A stretch of DNA of 63,404 nucleotides, filler included, from Neolecta irregularis DAH-3 (GCA_001929475.1; 11 parts of 11 records of this genome joined end to end with filler, not necessarily neighbours in it), one strand, 5' to 3'; counted from the first letter of the whole stretch, positions 28,126 to 41,423 are shown. The notes: generated by a model not told the origin, from the sequence alone. Numbers and translations: made by a program.

Positions 28126-28224
28126 GGGTCCGGCCGTGGTTCGAACACGGGGCCTCATCCATTGGTGAAGCCATTTTCAGACATCAAACCCTAAGGATGA
28201 ATCATACCACTAGACCACAGGACC
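28126..28224 (-). tRNA. tRNA-Pro(AGG) with a ~27-nt intron
   Basis: Minus strand: GGTCCTG TG GTCTAGTGGTATGAT T CATCC TT AGG G [intron] T GGATG AGGCC CCGTG TTCGAAC CACGG CCGGACC C; T-run downstream. Confidence 0.93.
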
Positions 28225-28574
28225 TGCACAATTCTGCTCGACTGTTGCGAAACAATGTGTTACATAAAGGTGTGCTTATTATGTCAAATTAGTCAACTAA
28301 ACTGATACCTTTTCCCATGACTGGTTTAATTCAACCGTTGAGGATGCTTGCAACAGGTGATAAGCACAAGAAAGAATTTCCAAAAGAGTAAGTTAAACCT
28401 ACAAAAGAAACAAACAAAGGTAGTGTTACGAAAAGAGTGTGAGAGAAGCCCAGGAAATTAGCTGAAGATATCTGAAGAAAGAACATCTAGATGTATTTAT
28501 GTATGTATAAGTAAGTACAATATGGTATTGTCTATGTCTTTGCAATCGTTATCGTTGAACAAGAATACATCGAA

Positions 28575-29780
28575 TTATGATGCAAGGACCTTGATTTCAC
28601 GGATCGCCCTTTGAAGATTCCCTCCATGCATTGCGCTGATTGGCACAACCTTCACACTCTCCTCGACTTTTGCCATCAACTGTTCCATACCCACCTGTGC
28701 ACCCTCTAAATCCGCCTTGTTTCCAACGATCAAACGTTTTCGTTTCAAAAGAGCAGAATCATAAGCGTCCAACTCGTTTTTCAAAATCTCGTATTGTAGA
28801 GCCGGATCTCTTGAGAGATCAATGACAAAACAAAGTCCACGTGCCCGTTCAATATGCTTCAGAAATGCATGGCCAAGGCCTTTATTCTCACTTGCACCCG
28901 CAATAAGTCCCGGGATATCAGCGATTAAAATCTCCCCAATTTTCCCAAGGTAAGGGTTCAACGTCGTAAATTCATAATCCGCAATTTCTGGTTTTGCGTT
29001 CGTGATTTTCGAGAGCAATGTTGATTTCCCTGCATTGGGTAGACCGATTAATCCAACATCAGCGATTGTTTTCAACTCCAGTTGCAATTTAATCGTTAAT
29101 CCTGAGAAACCTTTGGTTGCAAATCTTGGAGCGGGATTTGAATTCCACGCAAAACTGGGATTTCCAATCCCAGGCCTCCCTCCATGAGCAACGAGAACCA
29201 TCCTCCCAGGAACACAAAGATCGAGTTCAACCGTTTTTGAAAAGCCTGGATCGACAAGGGTTTGTTGTACTTTTTGAAATCGATCATCGGTTTCGTTGAT
29301 CGCCTCAAACCCAGGATAATGAATATATCCACACTGGTCCCCTCCAGATCTTGCGATCTCTTTAACAACTGTTCCGACGGGCACATCGATAAATATGTCG
29401 TTTCCCTTTTTGCCATGACATAAATCTCCTTTGCCGTGGGTCCCATTCGAAGCTTTATATAAGGACTGAAGAGCGTGAAGAGACGATATCGAAGTATCTG
29501 TTCTTAGATAGACATTGCCACCATGGCCACCATGACCTCCATTAGGGGGTCCACGAGGCAAGAATTTGGCTCGATGGAATGATACACAGCCGTTTCCTCC
29601 GGCGCCTGATATGATATTAATCTGAGTTGAATCGAGAAACCTGGGTGTTGAATAGAGTCGACGGTGAATGAGGTGGCAAAAAATATTGGATGGCTTTCTG
29701 AGGGAAATATTCGTAGGGCTGGCGCTGGATGACAAATTAGATTTCGTAAATATGGGAAGACTGTTATTGGTGAACACCAC
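28575..29780 (-). CDS. MTG2: Obg-family mitochondrial GTPase; start codon uncertain
   Basis: FLD...GAGGNGCVSF.R.KF..RGPPNGG.GG.GG; ELKTIADVGLIGLPNAGKSTLL; FTTL; DIPGL; NKAD. Confidence 0.93.
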   Translation of the reverse strand: MVFTNNSLPIFTKSNLSSSASPTNISLRKPSNIFCHLIHRRLYSTPRFLDSTQINIISGAGGNGCVSFHRAKFLPRGPPNGGHGGHGGNVYLRTDTSISSLHALQSLYKASNGTHGKGDLCHGKKGNDIFIDVPVGTVVKEIARSGGDQCGYIHYPGFEAINETDDRFQKVQQTLVDPGFSKTVELDLCVPGRMVLVAHGGRPGIGNPSFAWNSNPAPRFATKGFSGLTIKLQLELKTIADVGLIGLPNAGKSTLLSKITNAKPEIADYEFTTLNPYLGKIGEILIADIPGLIAGASENKGLGHAFLKHIERARGLCFVIDLSRDPALQYEILKNELDAYDSALLKRKRLIVGNKADLEGAQVGMEQLMAKVEESVKVVPISAMHGGNLQRAIREIKVLAS

Positions 29781-31618
29781 AAGCCCCTCTTACCTAAAAA
29801 CTTGCCAGTTCGATGTCTCAGATGCTAAAAACTCGAGATTTGTTTGTGCTCTGGCAGGCGGTTGGACACACTGTTTGTTTGCGTCTTAGATATTAACAAC
29901 TTTGGTTTTTAGAATGCGATAATAAGAGATTTTATCCGGAATTAGAGGAATCCTGTAGGACTTTCTAATAGCATCATTGGAAATAATGCATGATTATGGC
30001 GTAACGATGACCCATAGTATTTAAACTTGTTTGTTAAGAATATATAACTTTACTGTTCAGGTATGAAACTTGAACGGTCTATGCTCGTTGAAGTTGAACA
30101 ATTCGCTTTTCCAACGACAACATGTCCTTGCCTCTTCGTTCTGATATTGATCTTGCCATAGCTAGAAGCGCACAGCAGATACGAGAAAGAAATATTAAAA
30201 TGAGAAGGCATTTTTTGTCGTGGACTTCTATCTCATGTACACGAATTGTGTCTATCACATATGCATGATAATTCCAATTCACAATCCTGAAGGTGAAAAG
30301 GACTCCTGATCGATGGTCCAATTTCCAGAACGGCAAGTTCGTCTCTCCCTGCCCCATCTACGTCACAGTTTCCTATTTGTGGAATTCTACATATACAAGT
30401 ATTTTTGAATCCGATTCAAATTACAGAACAGGGTTGTAAATTGTAATGCATTGCAATAAACTCCTTTAGCCTAGAGTGTGTAAGATGCTTGCCAGATTTT
30501 AAAAGTGTTCTACGCAACCTTTTGTCGGTAAAGTTTCGCCTAGGTGTATAAGCGAATTTCACAGAGTAAGTTATGAAGGTCTAAGAACGTTCTGATCTGC
30601 AGTGAAGGATATTCAAAAACACGTCATCCTCCCTTTGTGAACCAATTTTTATCACACTTGTCGAATTATATTTCTGTCTATTCTTGAGTTTGGACTCTTT
30701 TCCAATGAACAATATTTGTTCATCCAATTAGACATGTTTAACTCGACGGACAATTTTAATTAGTTTTCATCTTCCAGCCTTAGCACTATTTTTAAAGTGA
30801 CGAAGACAAAGAATAGAAGAGAAATAAGGTAAGACTCGGGGAGGCCGCAGAGCAAGTTTTGAAGATCACTTTGTTCAAACAAGCCATTCATACAATTCAT
30901 TCTTTGTGGAAAACTATTTCTAGCACTACAACCCCCTAGCCTATCAAATTTGATGATCTTTCGATGATATTACTTCTTTCAGCTCATATTAATCTAGTGA
31001 GTCTTTTGGGAACTTTCGGAATATGTGAATTAGCCGGTGGGTCGCTTACGAAATGGCAAGTTAACTTTCTGCATACTTGCGCACAAATACACAGAAGACT
31101 GTGAAAACACTCAATGCAGATAAGCTGCATGCACCCACCAATAGGCGTTTACATGTTTCACATCTCGGCTCAGTTTCTCTACTATGAAACGATTCGTAGT
31201 TGATAAACCCAACCTCGGAGGCGTACCAATTGGGAGATCGACGGTGGAAGCATCTAGTATGTCTGTGGGAAACCCCGACTTTGGCCTCTAGCTGGAAACC
31301 CAATATTTCTTCATATAGACCGCTGACATCCATACCCTGATGACTCTCAGAGGCAAAACACAGGAATGTGCTTTCGTAATGCCGAATATCCAGCCCCGCC
31401 GCTTATGGAAAGTAGGCGCATGAACCAACGCGTATCTAAAATCCAGAAGAGTGCGAATAATATGTTAATTCTGACGATCAACGCTGATAAAGCCATCGCT
31501 GTCTCCGAGTACTAAACATTCCTAGGTACGTTCATAATTTATTTGGGATTTAACAACAAAGGACCACTGGAACTCGAATTTGCCTGGCTATAACCAGCCA
31601 TTGCAAGATAATACTCTA

Positions 31619-33189
31619 ATGGAAATTCCAGGGCCACTGCCGCAGCCGTACAACAATTTATATTCCTCGTCAGGCTTCGATTTGATTGGCGTTTTGTCAA
31701 GAGTGGTATCAAGACCAAACCCGGCAATTCAACTTGGTCCTATTGATTTATCATGTTCTTTTATTGTAGCAGATGCTCGCAGGCCAGATATCCCAATCGT
31801 TTATGTTTCTCCGACTTTCGAAAAGTTGACTGGGTTCCCAGCTTCCGAAATTGAAAATCGGAATTGTCGATTCTTGCAATCCCCTGAGGCAATGGTTATG
31901 CAGGCGGAAAACAGAAAGTATACCGATGGAAAGGCCGTTGGCAAACTGAAAGAGCATCAAGATAGACGCCTTGAGTGTCAAGTATCGTTGATCAATTATA
32001 GAAAGGGTGGTCAGGTATGATATCTCTCAAGTCAATTATTTGATTCATAATAAGCCCTTTGTTAATCTTATTACCGTCATACCAATAACGTGGGAGTCAG
32101 AGCAGGTTGCATTCTTTGTCGGCTTTCAGGTGGATCTAGTTGAGCAGCCGAATGCGATCTTAAAGCGGATGAAGAGTATGACATTATTTCATCGTTTTCA
32201 CACTGACAAAAGATGGGTCATATGCCATCAACTATCAGCTTACATACCCCCCTCAAGATCTCTCTCATTCAGCACCTCAAGTGGAGGATCTGATGGAAAT
32301 CATAGACTTGAACGACAGATCTGATAAAGAGTCTGCACAGCGATTATGGTCTCGTCATCTGATTGAGAATTCCGATGATCTCGTTCACATAATGACTTTA
32401 GAAGGTACTATCGTTTATAGTTCGCCTGCGAGTAGAGATATATTGGGTTATGAACCAGCAAGGTTGATGGGGAGCAATGTTAGGGACTTCTGTCATCCAT
32501 CCGATTTAGTTCCTACGATGCGGGAAATCCGAATCGCAAGTACAGGTGCAAGTAATACAATCAACCTGCTTTATCGGGTCCTTGGGAAGAGCGCAGGTTA
32601 TATCTGGCTCGAGATGTATGGCAAAATATACAGAGAGCCTGGAAAAGGGAAAAAATACTTGATTTTGATCGGACGAGAGAAGAAGATTCCTTATTTAAGC
32701 TCTGCGATGCTATCAACGCTTGGTCATCAAGAAAAAGATGTTTGGATGAAGGCAAGCCTTGAAGGAATTATACTTTTTGCCACTTCTAACTCGGACTACT
32801 GGATTGCGAAAACGATGTACGAAGTATCAAAAGACCCAGACCGAATAAAGGAAGCCATAAAGCACTGTCTAGAAGGCCAAGTGGTGTCTATCTCTCATCA
32901 GTTAAAGACATTGCAGAATGTCGTTTCTTGTTTCATTCCAGGACAGGGGCCTAATGTAGCTCCGTGGTTTCTTTTTGTTCGAACGAGATATTTGGAGGCT
33001 ACAGATACTCCTCCCGAAGACAGCTCTACTGCGTATATACATGATGGGGGTCTAAATTTATTCGAAATGCTGGAGTCTACGCGAAGCACAAGTTGGCAAT
33101 ATGAACTGAATCAACTCAAGATTACAAATAAGAAATTGAAAGAACAAATCGCTAAACTGACCGGAAAAAAGAGGGCAGAGGTTGAGTGA
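31619..33189 (+). CDS. White-collar-1-like blue-light photoreceptor (LOV plus PAS domains) without GATA zinc finger
   Basis: YSSSGFDLIGVL.RV..RPNP.IQLGPIDLSCSF; NCRFLQ; INYRKGGQ|PFVN; GFQVDLVEQPNAI; CHPSDLVP.MRE; STSWQYEL. 5' end uncertain. Confidence 0.9.
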
Positions 33190-34504
33190 GCCTTTCTTGC
33201 ATCTGTCTTTATATCATATTACTTTTTTGGATTTGCAGGATGGGAGTTTATCTACATCACAGTCTAGTTCAATGACATTTTAATCTTTTTTTTTTGACAG
33301 CGCCGAATGAAAATTAGACCCTACTTCTATTCAAACCTGTTGATCAACTCGAATGATTTGCGAATTTTAACTGAACACTGAAGTTTCATGGGCGACCAAT
33401 TTTAATTGAACCATCATAGTGAGTATAACCTTGAACAATGGCCATCATTTATTATTGAGATGCCCAGGAATGGGAAATTTTGTTTGCAAAAGGGCAGAAA
33501 GAAAGAGGTTATCATTGATATAATTGTAAGAAAAAGATTTCTAGATTTGTAAGTTGGGACTACCCGGTACAGGCTGTGGCAGGCCAAGCCACACTGCCAC
33601 TGGTTAGCAGTGCTGACGTGCAACTACAGGAGCCTCTTGCGGCAGACCGTCAGTTCCAGACCTACCAGCGGGAACCTTACAAGATTCGAGGAATGAGTTT
33701 GTAAGTCCGTACCTATATTGTTTTTATTCACCAATGGTTGATGTCAAGGCTTTTGAAAGAATTTCCAGCAATGTGACTCTAAGCATAAGTCGACCGAACT
33801 AGCCAACCTATCCATTTAAGATTCCCGAGTTTTAAACTGGCTAGCTTTCAAGGACTGGACTCACATTGATACCTACTTATTCGAAGACAGATCAAGGCAT
33901 TGCTCGTTACCTCGTGTCCTTTGTGTAAGATAAGGAAACACAGAGATGAGCGGCTAGTCTTGGAGACCCAATCTGATTATCTAATAAGAATGAGAGGGAA
34001 TCATAAGGTCACATAAAAGATTCTATATATACAGTGGATTTGTCAGGTCAGTTATTTTTAGTTTTCATCTGGGCCAAGGACCAGCTAATTATAAGACAAT
34101 ATAAGAAAGTCTAACCGTGCATCTTGATGCCAAGAGTACGGAGTTATTGGATTGATGCGAATTGGATAGGCACCAATCTGTGCTGGAAATGATTAGTGGT
34201 TATGCATCGTCATCCTGGGATGTGGATGAATTCGATCGCTACTACTCCGCGGACTACAAACGAGTCCAGAATAAAAACATACCACAAGCCATCTTTTTAA
34301 TATTCTGAAATAAATCAATTGTTTCTGGTGAATCAACTCGAATACTACTGACCAAAAGAAAAGGTTCGCGATAGAGTCCTCACCAGAGCTCTGGGGAATC
34401 TTCATAGTTTGGGAAAATACTGATTTGAATTCTCATGTGACTGACTGGGCGTTTCGCCACCCCAAGACCTACAAATATCGACGCGAAAGTATAACTATCC
34501 TCGA

Positions 34505-35509
34505 ATGCGCATTCTCTTGTATCTCTCTTTCCTTGGGGACATCGCACTCGCATCAGAAATACTATTCGTGCCCATCAACAGCAAGGTCAAGCAAGTTACT
34601 CTTGAACAGTATTTCCTATTCAAACAACTGTCAAAGTTCCAGGCTATTGCGTACTCATTATTCTGCTGCTTGAACTTACAGGTGGAAGATATTGTGCTCC
34701 GTATATAACTCCGAAATTCCAGTGTGCCTCCTATTGTTCAGATTACAAAAATGTATCGTTGGTAAAAACCTTCCAAACGGATCTAAATACCGATATTGCT
34801 GGTTATCTAGCTCGGGATGATAATGATAAACGCCTGGTACATTACATCGGGTTTCTTTTTGCTGACGTGGTAGTTACTTGTCTTTCGAGGATCATATTCC
34901 GTGGTGGACGTGATTGACGATCTCCGCTTGGCATCACAACCCTACGCAGTGTTCGGGTGTAGTAACTGTGCTATCCATGATGGATTTTACGCTGGTTTCT
35001 TAGCCGTCAAAGACCTGATAAACGATATTCTCCTCGAGTCTATTCATCAGTTTCCACACTACGACGTGTGGGTGTTGGGACATTCCCTTGGTGCTGCTGT
35101 TGCTGGGTTGTACGCCGTGGATCTCAAGAGCGAGGCAGGAATTCAAATCAAGGTTGTCACCTTTGGGGGACCAAGGATTGGAAATCAAGCTTTTGCAAAG
35201 TTCATGAATGATTTATTTTTGAATGATTATCTTCGGATCACACATTTGCACGACCAAGTGCCAGTACGTCATTCTATATTTAGTATGGGCTAATGATCAC
35301 AGAGACTTCCTCCGTCTTTACTTGGTTATTCTCATCAATCCTCAGAGTACTATCAATCTACATGGAAATGGAATCGCGAAGACATGATCATATGCAACGA
35401 AAGCGAGGATAAATGCAAACCCGAATATCCGGGTTTGATTAGTGATATGCTTACCGCTCATTTGTACTATTTCATGTCCTTTGGGCACTGTTTGTTACCA
35501 ATTCAGTAA
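34505..35509 (+). CDS. Secreted class 3 lipase
   Basis: Signal peptide; FRGS lid; IHDGF; GHSLGAA; TFGGPRIGN; HLHDQVP; terminal AHLYYF. Confidence 0.9.
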
Positions 35510-35742
35510 TATGGAGGTTAGGTGGAGGAGTAATGTCTTTTTTTGGTATCGCGATCAATGTTTACCTGGAGTTTATGGGAATCTGTGGTGTATCTACATA
35601 TCTAATGGGTTTATGGCCACAATGATGGTGACATATTTATATTTAACTAGTGCTAGCGGGTTGTATCTGGCAAGTATGAGATTCGCCGAAAAACAGACTT
35701 GAATAGATAAAAACTGCTACTTCAACATTTACTAGCTTTGCA

Positions 35743-36991
35743 TTACATGCTTACATACCTCTTTACAAAGGTTTCCATGAACTCGATAAGCCGATCCACA
35801 CCGTCTTCAGGCATCGCATTGTAAAAACTTGCTCGAATTCCTTGTGTGTCAATAATCGAATAAGCAAAAAGATATACCACCAACTGACCTATGTCCCTTC
35901 AACCCTTCAAATCCAAGATCTTTTGACTCTGAAATGAATTTTTCTTCCAAGTTTCCCATGCGAAATGTAACATTCATTCTACTTCGATATCCCTTGCCAG
36001 GTACAATCTCAAATACATCGGGATATTTCTCTAGCAGGGAGTACAATTTTTCAGCCTTTCGTTTGCTGATCCGCTCTTGAGCTGCAACTCCACCACTTTC
36101 CAAAAGATTTTCAAAGACGAGATTCGCAACCCGCACATTGAACATCGGTAAAGTGTTGTATAACGAGTTGCAGTCGGACGTTGTTTTGTAATCAAGGATA
36201 ACTGGAGTAATTGGAATGCCGAGTTTTGCGCAGTTAGGAGCATCGGCCCTTTCCAGAATATCATTTCTGACAATTATCATCGTGATACCGGCGATTCCAA
36301 AGTTTTTTTGAGCTCCAGCCTGAGGATCAGGATTTTGGAGAAGCTTGAATTTTAATCATACGTATATGACGGCATATTTAGAGACATCGAACTCTCTTGA
36401 TAAAATGTTTGAAGACATATCGCAGATTACAGGTACACCCTCCGGAAGACTTTTTGGAAATTCAGCGAATTCAACTCCGTCAACCGTCTCGTTATCGCAA
36501 TAATGGATGTAGGCAGGATTCTGGCTAAAGTTCCAAGTTGACTCATCTGGAATTCTACCATATTTGCCATCGATTTTCTTGGGGTCAGAAACGATGTTTA
36601 CCATTGCACCAAGCCTTTTGGCTTCATGAGCAGCTTTTAAACCCCAAGACCCTGTGACAATGTAGTCGCATTTCATATTGCTGACCGTCGATGGGTTTTT
36701 CGCAACTTGATAGGCCAAGAGATTGTACACCACAGCTGAGAACTGGGCTGTTCCTCCTCCCTGCATAAACAAAATAGAATAATTATCTGGGATTCCGAGT
36801 AATTTCCGAAGATTATTTTGGGTAGACTTTATGAGGTTGGAGCAAATCGAAGATCTATGGGATAATTCGGCCAAAGAAATCCCCGTCTCTGCATAATCAA
36901 TTAAATCTTTTGCTGCCTGTTCGAGAATTTTGGTGGGAAGACAGGCAGGTCCCGCTGAAAAATTGAGAATTTGAGACCTCTTAGCTGACAT
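35743..36991 (-). CDS. SER1: Phosphoserine aminotransferase
   Basis: NFSAGPA, ELSHRS, GGGTAQF, NETVDGVEF, DMSS, GAQKN.G.AG, LYNT, GHRSVGGIRAS.YNA. Confidence 0.97.
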
Positions 36992-37383
36992 GGCCGCTTT
37001 CACTCAAAATGACAACGAACGACGGATCGAATAATTTAGGGTCATTTGGTGCGCACCTAATTCCATGAAATGTGGCTGTTCTTAATTCAAAAACTTTCAG
37101 GCGCGCGTTTGGTGCGCGCCAAATTTCATAAAATGTGGCTTGTGGTAGAAAAACGGTACACGTAGTATTTTCTGGTTATCTGATGGGCTTTTCTATTATT
37201 ATACGCTTCCTTGGTTTTATAAGTAGTCATGTAGCTGCCTTTTTGTAAGGCGTTGGATAATGCTCTATCCATCCACGCAAAGANNNNNNNNNNNNNNNNN
37301 NNNNNNNNNNNNNNNNNNNNNNNNNNNTTAATTAATTAANNNNNNNNNNNNNNNNNNNNNNNNNNNNNNNNNNNNNNNNNNNN

Positions 37384-37583
37384 GGTGTGTCATGCAGAAT
37401 CATATGCACAAATACTAGCATTTGTGCGCAATGAGTATCTGGGACCGTTGAAGATCTCGATTGAATCAGCCGGAAAAATATCCGACTCGCATGGCACAGG
37501 AGACGTTTTACGGCGATTAAAACACAAAATCAAAGCACTACTTATCCGAGATCCGCCTTCTGACGCGATAGACTGACGTCATT
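37384..37583 (+). other. Near-identical 200-bp duplicate of the GCD1 segment at 41707-41906
   Basis: Same sequence apart from about two substitutions (ttgaag/ttaaag, cgatta/cgacta); flanked by N gaps. Confidence 0.85.
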
Positions 37584-38061
37584 NNNNNNNNNNGTGGCCC
37601 CGCCCGCCCTCCTTCCTACTCGGGCAAAAACACCCGCGCGCGGCTTGGCCCTTCTGGCTGCGGCGCTCCCCTGATCCAGGTCTCCCGGTCTCCGTCGGTG
37701 GCTTGACCATCCATCAGCACACGCCAGCCGCATCCGGCCACAAACAGATCGCCGCTGCGCTGTTCCTCTCCAGCAGCCAATCCCGTCCTCGGACACGGAC
37801 AGGGGTGATGATTATGCCATCGCCCGGTAGATCCCGCGCTCGTTGCACCGTCCCTGTCTGATGCTGCAACGGCCGAATACTCCGTCCCGATCTGACGTCT
37901 CCTGGCCCTGCTTGTCCTCGTGGAATCGAATCTTCCCTCAAAAGACTATACTACAGGTAGATGCTGCTGCTTATTGCCTTTGCGTCTGTTTGAAACATAT
38001 TTCTAGTTCCTTGGAAATTGATGTAAATAAACCGGCTGGACAAATACTCCCTCTGCAAAGC

Positions 38062-38250
38062 TTACCTTGATCGCTGTCATAATGTCATTCTCTTCAATAC
38101 TGCCACCAAAGTTACCTGATCGCTGTCATTCTCTTCAATACTGCCACCAAAGTTACCTGATCGCTGTCATTCTCTCAACACTGCTACCAAAGTTACCCTG
38201 ATCGCTGTCATTCTCTCAACACTGCCACCAAAGTTACCCTGATCGCTGCC
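38062..38250. repeat. Minisatellite, ~41-bp unit, about 4.5 copies
   Basis: ttacctgatcgctgtcattctc(t)tcaa(t/c)actgccaccaaag repeated. Confidence 0.9.
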
Positions 38251-38636
38251 ACTCAAACTTACATTGTTGCCATGTTTCCTTATCGTTCAGAAATACACAT
38301 CAGCTTGCAAGATTAGAAATATTTGCACATGACGTCAGTCTACCCCTGAACTCGGATTTAACTATATCAGTCCCGTCGCATGGGACGTACATCCCAAGAC
38401 CGGAAATAATCCCTAGACTAAAATTAGTATACAACTTATTCAGGATACTGTTAATGAGATGTTTACTTGAAAATGGGTGATATAGAAGACGATATCACAA
38501 GTGTATACCTTCTGATAAAAGTTCACAAGAGACTCGGTTGGAATGCCCATCAATACTATACAAATCCTCTCATAGACTACAAAAAGAAATCGTGCAACTC
38601 CGCAATATGAATGAAAGCAAGTATTTCATTTCCTCT

Positions 38637-41183
38637 CTAGCAAAATTTATCCCCATTGGTATATTCGACGCCATTCCACGGAAGCGAAGCCTCTGCAAAC
38701 GGTGATATCGTCTCTATAGCCCTTGTTAATGTATGCACTACTCGATCTTTTAACGGTCCGCTCAAACAGTCTACTTGTAATGTAGTAAGATCGATCTTTG
38801 CAATGGTCTCATCCACTTTAATGTCAACTCCGATATCTGTATATTCAATTTCTTCGCCAAACTGCGCTTCGAGAAACATCCTGATACGTTCAAGCCGTTC
38901 AGTTGGTGTAATGTGAGCGTGACGACACGGTTGGCTGGTTACTATTGTCAACAGGACTACTGGAAAAGCATACATATCACTGAAGCAGGACTGCTCTCAG
39001 CAGACATCACAATCGCGAGAACAGCATCGGCAATAGTATCATTCATCAAGTTACCGATCCATTCGATTCGTAAACGGTACTCTGAAACAAATGCAAGACT
39101 TATACAGTCCATTACCCGAAACGTCGGACGTTTCTCATCCGCAACAACCGTGTCGATGGCTCCAAACATAGATTCTAGATGATACCTTAATAACGCAGGA
39201 CTAGAATGAAACGCAACGGTCTGACGCTCCACGATCACCGTAGTATTTAGACCGCTAAATTCTTCAAGATCCTCCGGCGCCAAAATGCTCATTTGAAAAT
39301 CTTTTTGTAAAAGTATCCCGTCAATATGGTCACCTTCCTGTGGTTTGTATTTGGCTAATGTACCCATGACCTAACAAGTGAATATCACAAATAAAATCTT
39401 GTACCTTGGCTACTTTTTCTCCCTTAAATTCGAGCCGGATCATTTCACAGTTCCGAGGACTATGAATTTCGGTCTTTTCATTCTTATAATGACTTTTCAA
39501 TGCACTTTTCAGCCGAAGCATATTGTGAAACTCGCCGTGTACAAGAATCTAAAGTCAGCCTTTGTTTTAGTGCAACTTACAATATGCGTCGCCTCATTGG
39601 CATAAATAAATTCACTGTTTTGCGTGTAATCAACATGCGCAGCAAATGAAATTTCCTCAATTGTCATCCTACGAGGAAGCTTTTGACCAGACATTGTTTG
39701 AATTTCGGCGGGTTCTGTCAAAATATGCTGGTGCCCGTCAGCTTTGAAATAGCAAAAACGTACCTTTGCCATTGTTCCTTCGACGCAGTATCCCACGATA
39801 ATCAAACCATTACGAACATCGGTTACCCATTTCTCTAGCAAGTGCCGTGATATACCGTTCTAGAAATAAGTCGCCGGAAAATAGAATAGCATGCCTGTAA
39901 CATTCCGGGTGCTGCCATCACGACGCATGGACCCAGGTCTGCGAATTTATCCAACGATCGGAGATTTTCGACATATCGCAGCTCAAAGGGATTTCGTTCA
40001 GTCCCTCGTTTGCGAATATTATCGTTCATCATGTTGATATAAGTCGAATATACTGCCATACATTTCTTGGCAAGATTCGATGCATAGTATATAGGTACAC
40101 CGTGCAACTCGGGGTGATTATGCCAATATTCATCAAGTACCAAAACTAATTCTTGAACTTCTCCAAGCGCAAATACAGGCAACAGACAACGACCCCCTCT
40201 GCGAATGATAGAATGTATCAGACCTGAAGGAGTAAGATGGGGCTTTTAGGCGCTATACTTGTTAATCTAGTTTCCTTTTCAGGCCTAGGTTGCAACGTCG
40301 CTGTACCAAACGTGGATTCGGTAATGAGGATATCAGGGTTTACAGGAGGTATCTGTGCAGCCATCAAATGGCGATTTTCTTCCCTCGAATAGTCTCCAGT
40401 AAATAGAGTCTGCACTTAGCAAATAGGTCAATTAAAAATCAACCTTGACTCCCGCAATTTCAATTAGAAACATGGCAGCTCCTAAAACATGGCCAGCAGG
40501 GTAGGATGTGAATTTAATCCCCTCTACTTCAATTGTAGCATGATAATCAATGGCTTCGGCACGTTCTAATGAGGCTGAAACGTCTTTCTCGCTGAACAAC
40601 TGATCTTCGGTATCAACATTACTATTCAATATAAGTTTCCCCAAGTCATCGCAAAAACAATACCTTACTCTCACATAATCGGCCAACAGCCATTTCAGAA
40701 TTGCTTTTGTAGGATGTGTCATAAAAATGCGACCCCTGAAATTTGTCTGTGGTTTCAGAGATGATGATGATGCTTGATACCTTTTGCACGACATAAGGCA
40801 GCGATGCGGCATGGTCAAGATGAAAACTTGAGACGTGAGATATATGAAAGCTCAAAATTATCTTACTGGCTGATGAGCAAAAGATCCACTTCACTTAAAT
40901 CAAATTCATCATAGAAAGGCAGGGCAGCCATTCCATTCAAAGCGGGATGTACTCCAGCATCCAACTTTTACAGATTATTGGACGCAAAAGGACGGACTAG
41001 AGTACCATTACGGTCTTGCCTTTGTACTGGATAATGTGACACGATCTGCCCACTTCATTGCCGGCCCCAAGATTTGTAAATTCTAGAAAGTCATTCTACG
41101 AGAAAATTAGCGAGTGAAGAGGAGGGTCAGATTACATTCAAATCGCCAATAGAGCTTGATCCGGCTTTTCGCTTGGTAGCCAT
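38637..41183 (-). CDS. YSH1: CPSF 73-kDa endonuclease (metallo-beta-lactamase/beta-CASP)
   Basis: [53 protein letters not shown]. Confidence 0.97.
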
Positions 41184-41423
41184 CTGTAATTAATGAATGA
41201 AGATATCCTGTTTCGCAAGTAATTTTTATTACTCCTTTTACGTTCTTTCAGGTTCAGTCGATTTTTCCTCGGAGATTACAACATTGGGGAGGATTGCGGG
41301 TTATTGAAAATTGGAGACAAAGGTGAGGTTGATTTCAGCCTAGCTTGCATATTAAACCATCGTTCTAAATACACAAAACTCGATACTTTCCAGATTATAA
41401 CAAACCATCTGAAACTGTATGAT

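Noticed and set aside
38062-38250. CRISPR-like regular repeats
   Set aside because: Head-to-tail minisatellite with no unique spacers, in a eukaryote.
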